Positions 11,440 through 21,080 of a DNA stretch of 64,000 nt are shown in pieces. Origin of the DNA: an uncultured Planctomycetota bacterium (GTDB taxonomy: Bacteria; Planctomycetota; Planctomycetia; Gemmatales; Gemmataceae); the NCBI GenBank assembly GCA_963849325.1, contig CAWKHF010000011.1, positions 64,001 to 128,000 on the forward strand, given 5' to 3'. The notes under the pieces were generated by a model. The model was not told the DNA's origin. It saw only the letters and a program-made list of their open reading frames with translations, and did no database searches. A program made the translations under genes and the position numbers. Numbering within the stretch: the first letter of the stretch is position 1; the number at the start of each line of letters is the position of its first letter.

Positions 11440-12831
11440 TCACTTCTCGATGTGGATGGATGCCGTGGAAGGCGGCGGGTCGAGAACCTGTGTCTGACGT
11501 GCAACTCGCAGTCCAAGCCAGGCATCGAGAATATAGATCGGCAGCGGGGCAGCGGCAGTCACAAGTCCGAACACTAATATGTCATGAAATCGGCGCAGGT
11601 CGAGATAGAGTGCCGCAACCACCTGCAAGCCGAGAATGGCCGGGATGACCCCGAAGGACTGCACGCGAATCCACGCTCTGGTTAAATTCAAGTGCTGCAT
11701 GGACACGCCTACTTGAGCCACACATCCTCCAGCTACCACCCAGGTACATTCTTCTCTCAAGCCCTGGTATTTACCGCCAAGAAGCCACAACAAAGGTTCG
11801 GGATAAATCCAGGCAACCAACAGAAGTGGTGTAAGCGCGAGTGAGGTACACACCATCAAAATAACATAAAGGCGAGACAATCGTCGAGGATCTTGACACC
11901 GGGCAAATCGCGGTCCAATAACATTCAAGAACATTATACTGAAGATTCCGAATAATGTGGCAAGACGTCCCGGCGCTGTCACGTCCGCAATGCCGGTCGG
12001 CGACCCCAACACTGCAAGAATAAATAGGGTGAGTTGGCCTTGCATGCAATAGAATAATGTGTTGGGAAGAGATTTCACGGAGAGACGCAATAATTCACTG
12101 CGGTCATTATAATTGGGCGGTGCGGTATCGTCGGCCTTCTCGCGCGCCCATCGACGGTAGACCACGTTTTGCAGGAAGTTGCCGACGACGCCGACGAACA
12201 CCGCGAGAACGGCGTTTATCCAGGTTACAGCAAGAATGGCAACGAGGCCGAGCCGCAGCAGCGCCGTTCCGAGGTCGAGCTTCTGATTGCGGCGGTATTC
12301 ACCATGGAGTAAAGGACTTATGGCCCAAACCGATGAACCCAATATCAGAAACCCTCCCGTGGCGATGGCAAGGCAAAGAAAGATCGTTTGCCCTGGTGAA
12401 GCTCCATTGTGCCACAGCATCCAGGCGGCGATCGGGAGCCAAATACTAAACGAAATGGAGGCGAACAACTTCCGTAAACCGATCGCCGTATTGAGCAACT
12501 GGCCAAAACGATAAGGGTCTCCCCAAACACGGCCCCCAATCGACCGAACACCTATTCCAATACCCAAGTCAGCCATCACGGTGCAATTGGTTAACATGGA
12601 GTTTGCTATTGCGAATAGCGCGTATTGAGGCTTGTCAAGATATCGTACCATTATTAATCCCGTAAACGCTAAAAGAAACTGGACAACCCCTTGAACGGCC
12701 CCAAAATTCAGTAGCCGTAAGGCCCATCGGGAGAGCCAGAGAATGTGATTGCCCCACTCCTGGTTCTTTGAGATAATTGGATTATGTGGAGTTGAATTAT
12801 TTGTTACCAACATGCATTCGTTTTTTTTCAA
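11440..12831 (-). CDS. Polysaccharide flippase (Wzx-like); start uncertain
   Basis: About 12 TM segments; N-terminal VRYLDKPQYALFAIANS...ADLGIG pattern of Wzx/MOP exporters. Confidence 0.8.
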   Translation of the reverse strand: MKKNECMLVTNNSTPHNPIISKNQEWGNHILWLSRWALRLLNFGAVQGVVQFLLAFTGLIMVRYLDKPQYALFAIANSMLTNCTVMADLGIGIGVRSIGGRVWGDPYRFGQLLNTAIGLRKLFASISFSIWLPIAAWMLWHNGASPGQTIFLCLAIATGGFLILGSSVWAISPLLHGEYRRNQKLDLGTALLRLGLVAILAVTWINAVLAVFVGVVGNFLQNVVYRRWAREKADDTAPPNYNDRSELLRLSVKSLPNTLFYCMQGQLTLFILAVLGSPTGIADVTAPGRLATLFGIFSIMFLNVIGPRFARCQDPRRLSRLYVILMVCTSLALTPLLLVAWIYPEPLLWLLGGKYQGLREECTWVVAGGCVAQVGVSMQHLNLTRAWIRVQSFGVIPAILGLQVVAALYLDLRRFHDILVFGLVTAAAPLPIYILDAWLGLRVARQTQVLDPPPSTASIHIEK

Positions 12832-12912
12832 TGAGCTGCACCCTACCGATCGCGCCGGTAGTAACGATTCGCCGGCCGGGTTCGAGAACGATGGACACGC
12901 GAACCGTGAGAT

Positions 12913-14199
12913 TCAGACCCGTGCCTCCAGGACCATTTCGATCGGGGTCGATGGCTGAACCGCCGTGGCGCCCTGAGGTAATAGCTGCATCAGTTCGCGG
13001 TGCCAGCCGTCCATGACGCGGCTTCGGGAGAAGTGCTCCTGGTAAACGCGCTGACAGTGGCGTTGCATTTCCGCGAGGGTCTCGGGGGTCGAGGCCACGG
13101 AGCGCAGCTGCGCGACGACCTCGCCTTGAGTTTGGGAGTCCAGAACCCAGCCGACCCCATATTCCTCGATCCAGCGGGCGATGGCGGCGTCGCGCGGGCC
13201 GGCGAAGAGCACCGGCCGACCCGCCGCCAGCGCCCGAAAAACTTGGAGGGCACGACCATCCCCGACCACTCCGGACGCAGGCTCACCAGGTGAATGTCCG
13301 CCGCGGCCAGCCGTTTGCCGAGCATGGACTCGGGCGCGAAGCCCGCCAGACTAATGTTCGTGTCGTCGGCCCGCAGGGCCGCACGCAACTCCTCGGCCCG
13401 ATTGCCGCGGACACCGAAGCAGAAGTGGACTCCGTCGCCGCGCAGCCGCCGGGCCAGTTCCAGAAAATCGTTGAAAGAATGGGCCCGCCCGAAGTTGCCC
13501 GAGTACAGCAGTCCCAGAGGCCGATCGCCGAACAACTCGCGGCGAATCGCCGGGTCGGGCCGATCCAAATGGTCCGGCTCGACCAAGGCCCAAGGAACCA
13601 GCGTCACTTTGCGGGCGGCATGGTGGTACGATTCCAGCCGGCGACGCATACAGACTGCCCAGATCGGCGATCAAATCGCAGGAACCGTAAGCGGCCCGTA
13701 GCAGAGGGCGAAGAGCACGGGCCAACCAGCCGCCGGAGGTCATCAGCCCCTCGGCGATGGCGATCTCCGGGTACAGGTCGAAGCACCAGTGAGCCAGGCG
13801 GATGCGCGGACGAAGCTTCCGCAGTACCAGGGCGACCAGCACACTCAGCACCGGGTCGGTGCCGATGAGCACGACGTCGGGAGCCTTGCGGCGGCTGCGC
13901 AGGGCCAGGCGGCACCAGGACGTCAGCATCCACAGGGCGTTCAGCACCCGCCCCACCCCGGAAGCCTGACGAAGCCGCGGCCTCCAGACCCTGCGAATGG
14001 TCAACCCTTTCCAGTCTTCGCGCAGGGGGTAGGAGACGGAATCGTCGCGGCAGCCCCGATTGCAGGGCAGGGCCTCCACCTGCCAGCCCCGCTCCTGTAA
14101 GGCCTCGCAGAACTGCGTCAGGTGCCGGGCGGAAACAACGTCGTCGGGGTGAAAGTAGTGATAGAGAACCGCAATCTTCGGCCGACCGTTTGGTCCCAT
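12913..14199 (-). CDS. Glycosyltransferase family 4 (WcaI/WbuB-like), frameshifts ~13650 and ~13240
   Basis: LYHYFHPDDVVSA, HWCFDLYPE, LLYSGNFGRAH, GMVVPSKF, LAAGRPVLF across three frames. Confidence 0.85.
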
Positions 14200-14236
14200 T
14201 GGTCCCTCGCTCGCGCCCTTGCAACGATGTTCCCGA

Positions 14237-15233
14237 TCAACCCACAAGGCACGATTTCCGCGCGGCCACCTGGTCGTAAATCCAGGCGTAGGTCTGCTCC
14301 AGCCCGTCGCGCGAGGCGCGTCGCCGGCGCCCAAGTCAGCAACGCCTTAATCCGCGTGTTGTCGCTGTTGCGGCCGTTGACCCCTTTGGGGGCACTGAGG
14401 TTGTAACGGCGCTTCAGCTTGAATGCCGGCGATGTCCTCGACCAGATCGACCAGCTGGTTGATGGTCACCAGTTCGTCGCTGCCGAGGTTGATCGGTTCG
14501 GCGATGTCGCTGTGCGGGATCGTCCTGCGTGCCCTTGATGCAGTCTTCGATGTACATGAAGCTACGGGTCTGCTGTCCGTCGCCCCAGATCTCGATGTCG
14601 CGGCGGCCGGATAACTTCGCCTCGGCCACTTTCCGGCAAATCGCGGCCGGCGCCTTCTCGCGGCCGCCCTCCCAGGTGCCGTGCGGGCCGTAGACGTTGT
14701 GGTAGCGCGCGATGCGGGTGATCACACCAAAATCCTCGCGGAAGTGGCGGCACATGCGCTCGCTGAACAGCTTTTCCCAGCCGTAGCCGTCCTCGGGCAT
14801 GGCGGGGTAGGCGTCCTCTTCCCTCAGGGGGACCACCTGGGGAGACGTTTGTTTGTCCGCGGCGTACACGCAGGCCGACGAGGCGTAGAAGAAGCGGCGC
14901 ACCTCCTGTCGTCGGGCGGCCATCAGCAGGTGCGTGTTGATGAGGACCGAGAGCATACATCGGGCCTTGTTGTTTTCGATGAACCCCATGCCGCCCATGT
15001 CGGCCGCAAGGTTGTAAACCTCCTCGGCTCCTTGCAAGGCCGCCTCGCAGTCGTCCGCTTCCTGAAGATCCAACTGCCGGTTGTCTACTTCGGGGAAGAG
15101 TTGCCACCACTCTTCCAGGGGCTTGCAGTCCACGGCGCGGATAGGCCGAGGATCTCGGCAAGAGAGCGGCAACCAGGTGACCGCCGATGAACCCGCCCGC
15201 ACCTGTCACGACAACCACGTTGTTCTTCTTCAC
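14237..15233 (-). CDS. NAD-dependent epimerase, GDP-mannose 3,5-epimerase-like (several frameshifts)
   Basis: VTGAGGFIG, YNLAADMGGMGFIE, FFYASSACVY, PEDGYGWEKLFSE, HNVYGP.GTWEGGREKAPAAICRK, KGVNGRNSDN. Confidence 0.85.
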
Positions 15234-15290
15234 GAGTTTTTCTCCCGCGAACTGGGCCAATCGAATCGACGCAAGTAGGTAATCCGTTTA

Positions 15291-15379
15291 GAGGCACTAA
15301 CCGAATGTGGCGGCACGTTTGTAACGTGCCGTACAATCCAACACGTTGAAAACGTGTTGCCACATTTTGTTAGAGCCTC
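15291..15379. mobile_element. 89-bp MITE-like element, copy 2 (inverted relative to copy 1)
   Basis: GAGGC...GCCTC ends with TTA on both flanks (15288-15290, 15380-15382). Confidence 0.8.
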
Positions 15380-15405
15380 TTACGCACGGGCCAGACCGCA
15401 ACGGG

Positions 15406-16950
15406 TTACGCCTGGACGCGGACACCCTCGTTGCCCTTCACCGGACAGGTGATGGCGGGCAACGCGGCGCGGTCTTGCCGTGCTTCGGCGTTGCTGGCCC
15501 CCTCCTCTTTGGGGACAAAGGCTTCGCTGGCCTTGGTGAAATCATCGATGATCGCCGCCAGGGCGGCCACCTTGCCCCACAGCGGCTCGGAGTCGGGATA
15601 GCCGGAAACCAGGAGATGACCAATGATCCGACCTCCCATCTCCAGGGGGATTTCGACCCGCCAGAGGACGTCTTCGACCTCTTCCTCGAAGCGGTCCCAC
15701 TGGGCATGATACTCCTCGTGCAGCTGCGGAACACTGACGTCCAGCTGAGCCGTCTGCAGATTCAAGTCGAAGGCGCGGACGGCCACCGCGTCCAGCAGCG
15801 ACTTCCAGTTTCGCGTACCGTGCAGATGCACGTCCGAGCGCTGGAACTGCCCCTCGCCCCGGCGTTGGAGAAGGGTCAGGAGGAGGCGTCTCAGTCGTGT
15901 CTTGACCAGGAGGAACTCCGCGTGCCCGAAGAGCCGGGTGGCGATCAGGATGGCCGCCACCATCAGGGCGGTGCCCACGGCGATGAATTCGTTCCGCAGC
16001 TGGAGGCTGACGAAGACCCCGGCCACGAGAAGCAAGCACAACGCGGAGGTGACCAGCAACACGAGATGGGGATGGGACAGGCGGCGGAGCAGGCAATGAT
16101 GCAGATGGCCTCGGTCGGTGGTGTAGATGCTTCGTCCGGTCAACTTGCGGCGCAGGATGGCTGCGGTCGTGTCGAAGATCGGTAGGGCCAGCAGGACTAG
16201 CGGTGTTACCAACGCGATTGTGGTGGGGGTCTTGAGTGAACTGTGAATGGCCAGGACGCCCACCATCAAGCCGATGAGCATACTCCCCGAGTCTCCCAGG
16301 AAGATGCTCGCGGGCGGGAAGTTGAAGCACAGGAAGGCGAGGACGGCGCCGGCCATGGCGAAGGCCATACAGGCGGTGACGTCTCGACCGGCCACCCACG
16401 CCATCACGCCCAGGGCCAGGAAGACGATGAAGGCGATGCTGCTTAAGAGGCCGTCCATGCCGTCGATGAGGTTGAGCGAGTTGATGGCTCCCAGGAGGAT
16501 AAAGGCGGTGAAGGGCACCGACACCACCCCCAGCTCGAACTCCCCACCCAGCAGATGGACGGTGCGGACCTGGACGCCGGAGGTGATAACGATGGTAACG
16601 GCGGCGATTTGGCCCATGAGCTTGTGCCGCCCCCGCAGCTGGCCGAAGTCGTCGGCCACTCCCACGGCACAGATCATCAGGCAGGCCATCAGAAGGCCCA
16701 CCGGGCGCGGCAACTGGGTCCACACTTGTTCCTGCCAGGGTCCGTCCTGCTGTAACGCCACCAGGAAGGCAATGCCGGCGGCGAGGAGGATGGCGGGTCC
16801 GCCGGCGACGGGGATGGAGCGGCTGTGCAGCTTGCGCCGTCCGTCCGGCTGATCGACCAGCCGCAAGGGGTGGGCGAGGGCGCGAACCGCAGGCGTCAGC
16901 AGCAGGCAGAGAAGGAAGCTGAGAGCAGCAGCGATCAACATCTCAACCAT
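15406..16950 (-). CDS. Undecaprenyl-phosphate GlcNAc-1-phosphate transferase (WecA/MraY family) with soluble C-terminal extension
   Basis: VGVADD, NSLNLIDGMDGL, FNFPPASIFLGDSGS, DRGHLHH. Confidence 0.9.
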   Translation of the reverse strand: MVEMLIAAALSFLLCLLLTPAVRALAHPLRLVDQPDGRRKLHSRSIPVAGGPAILLAAGIAFLVALQQDGPWQEQVWTQLPRPVGLLMACLMICAVGVADDFGQLRGRHKLMGQIAAVTIVITSGVQVRTVHLLGGEFELGVVSVPFTAFILLGAINSLNLIDGMDGLLSSIAFIVFLALGVMAWVAGRDVTACMAFAMAGAVLAFLCFNFPPASIFLGDSGSMLIGLMVGVLAIHSSLKTPTTIALVTPLVLLALPIFDTTAAILRRKLTGRSIYTTDRGHLHHCLLRRLSHPHLVLLVTSALCLLLVAGVFVSLQLRNEFIAVGTALMVAAILIATRLFGHAEFLLVKTRLRRLLLTLLQRRGEGQFQRSDVHLHGTRNWKSLLDAVAVRAFDLNLQTAQLDVSVPQLHEEYHAQWDRFEEEVEDVLWRVEIPLEMGGRIIGHLLVSGYPDSEPLWGKVAALAAIIDDFTKASEAFVPKEEGASNAEARQDRAALPAITCPVKGNEGVRVQA

Positions 16951-17247
16951 CCTCGTCCGGAGAGGGGGAAAGTTGAAGGCGGCGGCATGGCGACAACGCC
17001 AGCGACATCGTGTTGGCCGACTTCTCCGGTCAAGCGGCGAGCTCGGCGCACACTCCGTGCCCGTGGGTTGCGAAAACAACCCTTGCCCGCGAAGGACAAA
17101 ACGACCACCCGACTCCACGCGAACGCGGAGACAATGGTCGCCGTTCTCCCAATCGGAGAACATCTTAATGGTTAGTAGGGGCCGTCCAACAAAAAGTTCC
17201 GAGTTTCACCGTGTCGCGGCGAAACGTAGTTATTGTCGGACAAACCT

Positions 17248-17836
17248 TTACACGCCGGCAGCGTGCATGGGCCGGTCGCCCAAAGGCTGTAGCATCCAGC
17301 CCTCGACCTCGATGGAGGCGCCTCGCTGGATGAAGTTCACCTCAATCACAAAACGCATGTGTCTGTCACGGCGGATATTTTTTCCCTGGAGTCCAGCGAG
17401 AGGTCCAGCGGTCATCACCGCCGACATGCCCGGCTGGAGGCGTTCTCCAGGAGCCACCGGGGGCGCCGCACTCCATCAGACGGTGAATCCTCGCAAGGTC
17501 CATCCGCAGCTGATTCCCGTCGGGAACGGGGCGCATGCGGACCACTTGCTTGGTCTGGAGGGCTGCCAGGCGGGCGGCTTCATGGCCCCCAGAAAGACGC
17601 ATCCAGGGAACAGAGGTCCGTGCGCGGCCAGCGGCCGTCCACGGTTCTGCCATTGTTTTTTGTACAAGGGTAAGGAAGAAGTCGTGACGTAAGTCCAGCA
17701 GCTTGCGGGCGAGGGCCTTTTCCGCTCGGGGACGGGAGTGAAGAACCCACCAAGTGCCGGCCTCCTCGGAACCCCGATCCGGGGTAGCCAGGAGATCGGC
17801 AGGGTACACGAACGGTTCCAATGGCAAAAGGGGCAT
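17248..17836 (-). CDS. NusG/RfaH/UpxY-family transcription antiterminator (about 3 frameshifts)
   Basis: WWVLHSRPRAEKALAR, PLFPGCVFL, KOW-like GPLAGLQG...RFVIEVNFIQRGASIEVE; heads the glycan locus. Confidence 0.85.
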
Positions 17837-18468
17837 AGGATGGAAGCCTTGGATCCATAGACCCCGGGTCCATCCTGGTGACGGGATCGCCTTCTTCTCC
17901 CCCTGCGTCCGGGCGGGGAACGCCATCGACAATCGCGAACCTCTCGCGGTCAGTCACGACAGGGCATCTCGGCTCCGATCGACCATCTAGAAGGCGCAAT
18001 CGGCGCACATCATCCGCGACAGAAGGAAGTCCCTCCTGCCTTCCATTTCGTTGGAATACCCTTGCCCGTCAATGACCTTGGTTGGGCAAATGGAACGGTT
18101 GCAAAGGACAGGCATAACGTAGCAAGGGAAGGGAGAGGATGTCAAGGATAAAATCGCCTGGAGGGGTTTTCGGTTTTCGGGGTTTTCGGAACCTTACGTC
18201 GAATGCACGGAATTGACAGAGAGTACGGATCGGTGTACCATGCAGCTTCTGAGTTTCCGAAAAGGCGACCGTGGCGGATCCGGATCGGTTCCGTATCGTT
18301 GCTCCCGATGATTCCGTCGTGTTCGCGGATACGCTGCGCCTAGCGTCAGCAGGATCGACACAGGATTTGGAGCGTCCGCGAACGGCGCCTTGGCGATGCG
18401 CGGGATAAGTTATCTCAAGCCGGATATGCACGTCCGTACAGAACAAGCCTTCGGGAGCGTGGGGAAAC

Positions 18469-19644
18469 GTGTTATCTAACCCGGTCATCCAGGTCTTACG
18501 GGACCACCGCTTTTGGCGCGGGCCGGCCCCCCAGGTGATCCTGCTACTGGCGGTGGCGAACGTCGCGGTGCTACATTGGAAAAACAGCATGGCGGAGGAG
18601 AGACGTGCGAACCTCACCACGGGGGACGTAAAAGCGTTCGACCGGACAAATCGCTACGATTATACGTTCGGCGATGATCTCCTCGCCAGTTGGAACACCA
18701 TTCCCGACGCTACCAAGTGCCCGCTGGTGGTTGTGTGCGGCATGTCGCAAATGTTTACAATCAACGAACCCAAACCGGGCGACCAGCGAATATCGGAGGA
18801 ACTGGATGATCGGCTGTCACCCCGGGGGGTACGGGTTTATGGCCTTGCTGCTCCCAATCTGTGTAACGAGGAAGCCCTGTTTCTGCTCCTCGCCTTGCTC
18901 GAACAACCACGGACTACGCCGAGGAGCTTTATCTTTGGAGCGTGTTTCGACAAGTTTCGCAACATTGATCTCCGGCCCGGCTACGGGAGGTTCCTCCAAG
19001 CCAAGCCTGGTTTAGCCGAGTTGTGGAAACGAACAGCGGAAGTACACCGCGAGAAATATCCTCTAGCCGCCGATAAAATGCTCAGAACACTCCACGATCT
19101 TCACGGCGGAGAGGAGGATCGCGACCGGTCAACAAACGGTGTCTGCGAAAACGAGTTACGCAACTTCGTCAGCGCCGGTCTTCCCGTCGTCGCGGAGCGC
19201 AAACAGATGAATGGCTTTCTTCAAAATCGGTTGTTCCTGCTCCGCAACAGTTTACTGGGCATCAAGCCCACGTCCAAGCGGCCGATTATCCAAAGCCGCT
19301 ACGATATGAACCGGGAATTTCTCGAGCTGATGATTGATGTAAGTGAACGAGCCGGCGTGCGTTTCATTACCTACGTCTGTCCACTGAACCCGCTCGCGGA
19401 AAATCCGTACGTCGCGCACGAATACGCAGAATTTAAGACCTGGCTCGAAGGCTTGGCAGCCGAGCGCCGCGTTCCGTTTACGAACCTGGAAGGTCTTGTG
19501 CCGCATGAGGAGTGGGGAACATTCTTGGGCGGTCCTGACTTCAAGCATTTCAAAGGTGCGGGCCACCGGTTGGTCGCGGCGAAACTGGAGGAAGAATTCG
19601 GCCCGCTATTGACGGAATCGGCGGAGTCGGAGGTAGGGCCGTGA
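18469..19644 (+). CDS. Membrane-anchored SGNH/DltD-like protein
   Basis: N-terminal TM; G-x-S (VVVCGMSQ) and D-x-x-H (DFKHF.GAGH); stop overlaps the MBOAT start (GTGA). Confidence 0.6.
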   Translation: MLSNPVIQVLRDHRFWRGPAPQVILLLAVANVAVLHWKNSMAEERRANLTTGDVKAFDRTNRYDYTFGDDLLASWNTIPDATKCPLVVVCGMSQMFTINEPKPGDQRISEELDDRLSPRGVRVYGLAAPNLCNEEALFLLLALLEQPRTTPRSFIFGACFDKFRNIDLRPGYGRFLQAKPGLAELWKRTAEVHREKYPLAADKMLRTLHDLHGGEEDRDRSTNGVCENELRNFVSAGLPVVAERKQMNGFLQNRLFLLRNSLLGIKPTSKRPIIQSRYDMNREFLELMIDVSERAGVRFITYVCPLNPLAENPYVAHEYAEFKTWLEGLAAERRVPFTNLEGLVPHEEWGTFLGGPDFKHFKGAGHRLVAAKLEEEFGPLLTESAESEVGP

Positions 19645-21072
19645 TCTTTACCAGCTACACGTACATCGCTTTCCTGCTCGCCGTCTTCTTATTGCACTGG
19701 TCCGTTCCCGTATCCTGGCGCAAGCCGCTGTTGATCGTCGCTAGTTATATCTTCTATTGCTCCTGGCGCTGGGAGTTCGGCTTTTTACTTTTAGGTGTCA
19801 GTTTCTTCAACTGGTCCTATGGTCGGTGGGTACTGCCGCGTTGGCCGTCTCTGTCGATGCTCTTGCTCGGTGTGGCTGCAAACCTTACGCCGCTTGTCTA
19901 TTACAAGTATAGCAGTTTCCTGATCCAGAATGCCGCCATCATGACGCACTGGTTCGGCTCGGATTGGGTTCCGCCGGCCATGAGCATCTTGCTGCCGCTT
20001 GGCATTTCCTTTTTCTCCTTTCAAGGCATCGCTTACCTCGTGGACGTGGCCACGGGCGAGGAACCGCTGCAACGCCTGTCGGATTTCTTGCTGTTCAAGT
20101 CGTTTTGGTCGCAGCTGATCGCCGGACCAATCATCCGTCTTCATGAGATGCGTCAGCAGCTCGAAACGCCGCGTGAACTCGATTACGAGGACTTGGCCAT
20201 CGGCTGCGAGCGAATCCTGTTTGGGTTTTTCAAAAAAATCGTGCTTGCGGACAACCTCGCTCCCATCGTGGACCTGGTGTTTTTATCCAAAGGGAATGCC
20301 AATGCTCTGGATACCGTAGTCGGCATTCTCGGGTTCGGCATGCAGATCTATTTCGACTTTAGCGCGTACTCCGACATCGCGATTGGCTCCGCACGCCTAT
20401 TCGGCTACCGGTTTCCCGAAAACTTCAACTGGCCTTACGCCGCCCACAGCCCGCGCGAATTCTGGAATCGCTGGCACATGACGCTGTCGAGCTGGATTCG
20501 CGATTATGTCTTCACGCCTTTAACGTTTCTTTCTCGTAACCGGCCGGCGCTGGGGATGATGTGGCTGATCGTGGCGATGGCCCTGTGCGGCTTGTGGCAC
20601 GGCGCCCAGTGGACGTTCGTGGTCTGGGGCATCTGGCACGGCGTCCTCCTGGTTGCCAACCAAATCGTTCTCCGAGGCGTTTCTCCCCGACCGGCGGGAG
20701 ATCGCGGCAATCGGTTCCCACGGGCACCTGCTGGCTGGACCGTTGACCTTCGTACTTGCCAATGTGGGCTGGGTGTTCTTCCGCGCCGGGTCGCTGCAAC
20801 AAAGCTGGTCCATGTTGACCAGCCTCTTCACGCTGCGCGGCGGCATCCGGCCGGCACTTGTCCGGGAAAACAGTGTCCTGTTTGTGGGAGCGGTCTTCGT
20901 CGCCATGATGGTCGCGCAATCCATGCACCCGGCCTGGACCCGCTGGACGCAGCGAGTGGACGTCGGACTCCGCGTGGGGGCGACGCTCCGCGCGGTTGTT
21001 TACGCGTTCGTCATTTTGAGCGTCATTGTTTTGGATCAAGAGGCCAAGACCTTCGTTTACTTCCAGTTCTGA
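19641..21072 (+). CDS. MBOAT family O-acyltransferase (AlgI/DltB-like), frameshift ~20720
   Basis: LPLGISFFSFQ, QIYFDFSAYSDIAIG, PENFNWPY, FWNRWHMTLSSWIRDY, GLWHGA, and the canonical FVYFQF C-terminus in ORF 20653-21072. Confidence 0.92.
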
Positions 21073-21080
21073 GCGTGCTC

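Noticed and set aside
17840-18460. ORFs in the divergent gap between the antiterminator and the acylation cassette
   Set aside because: No recognisable motifs; likely a promoter/leader region.
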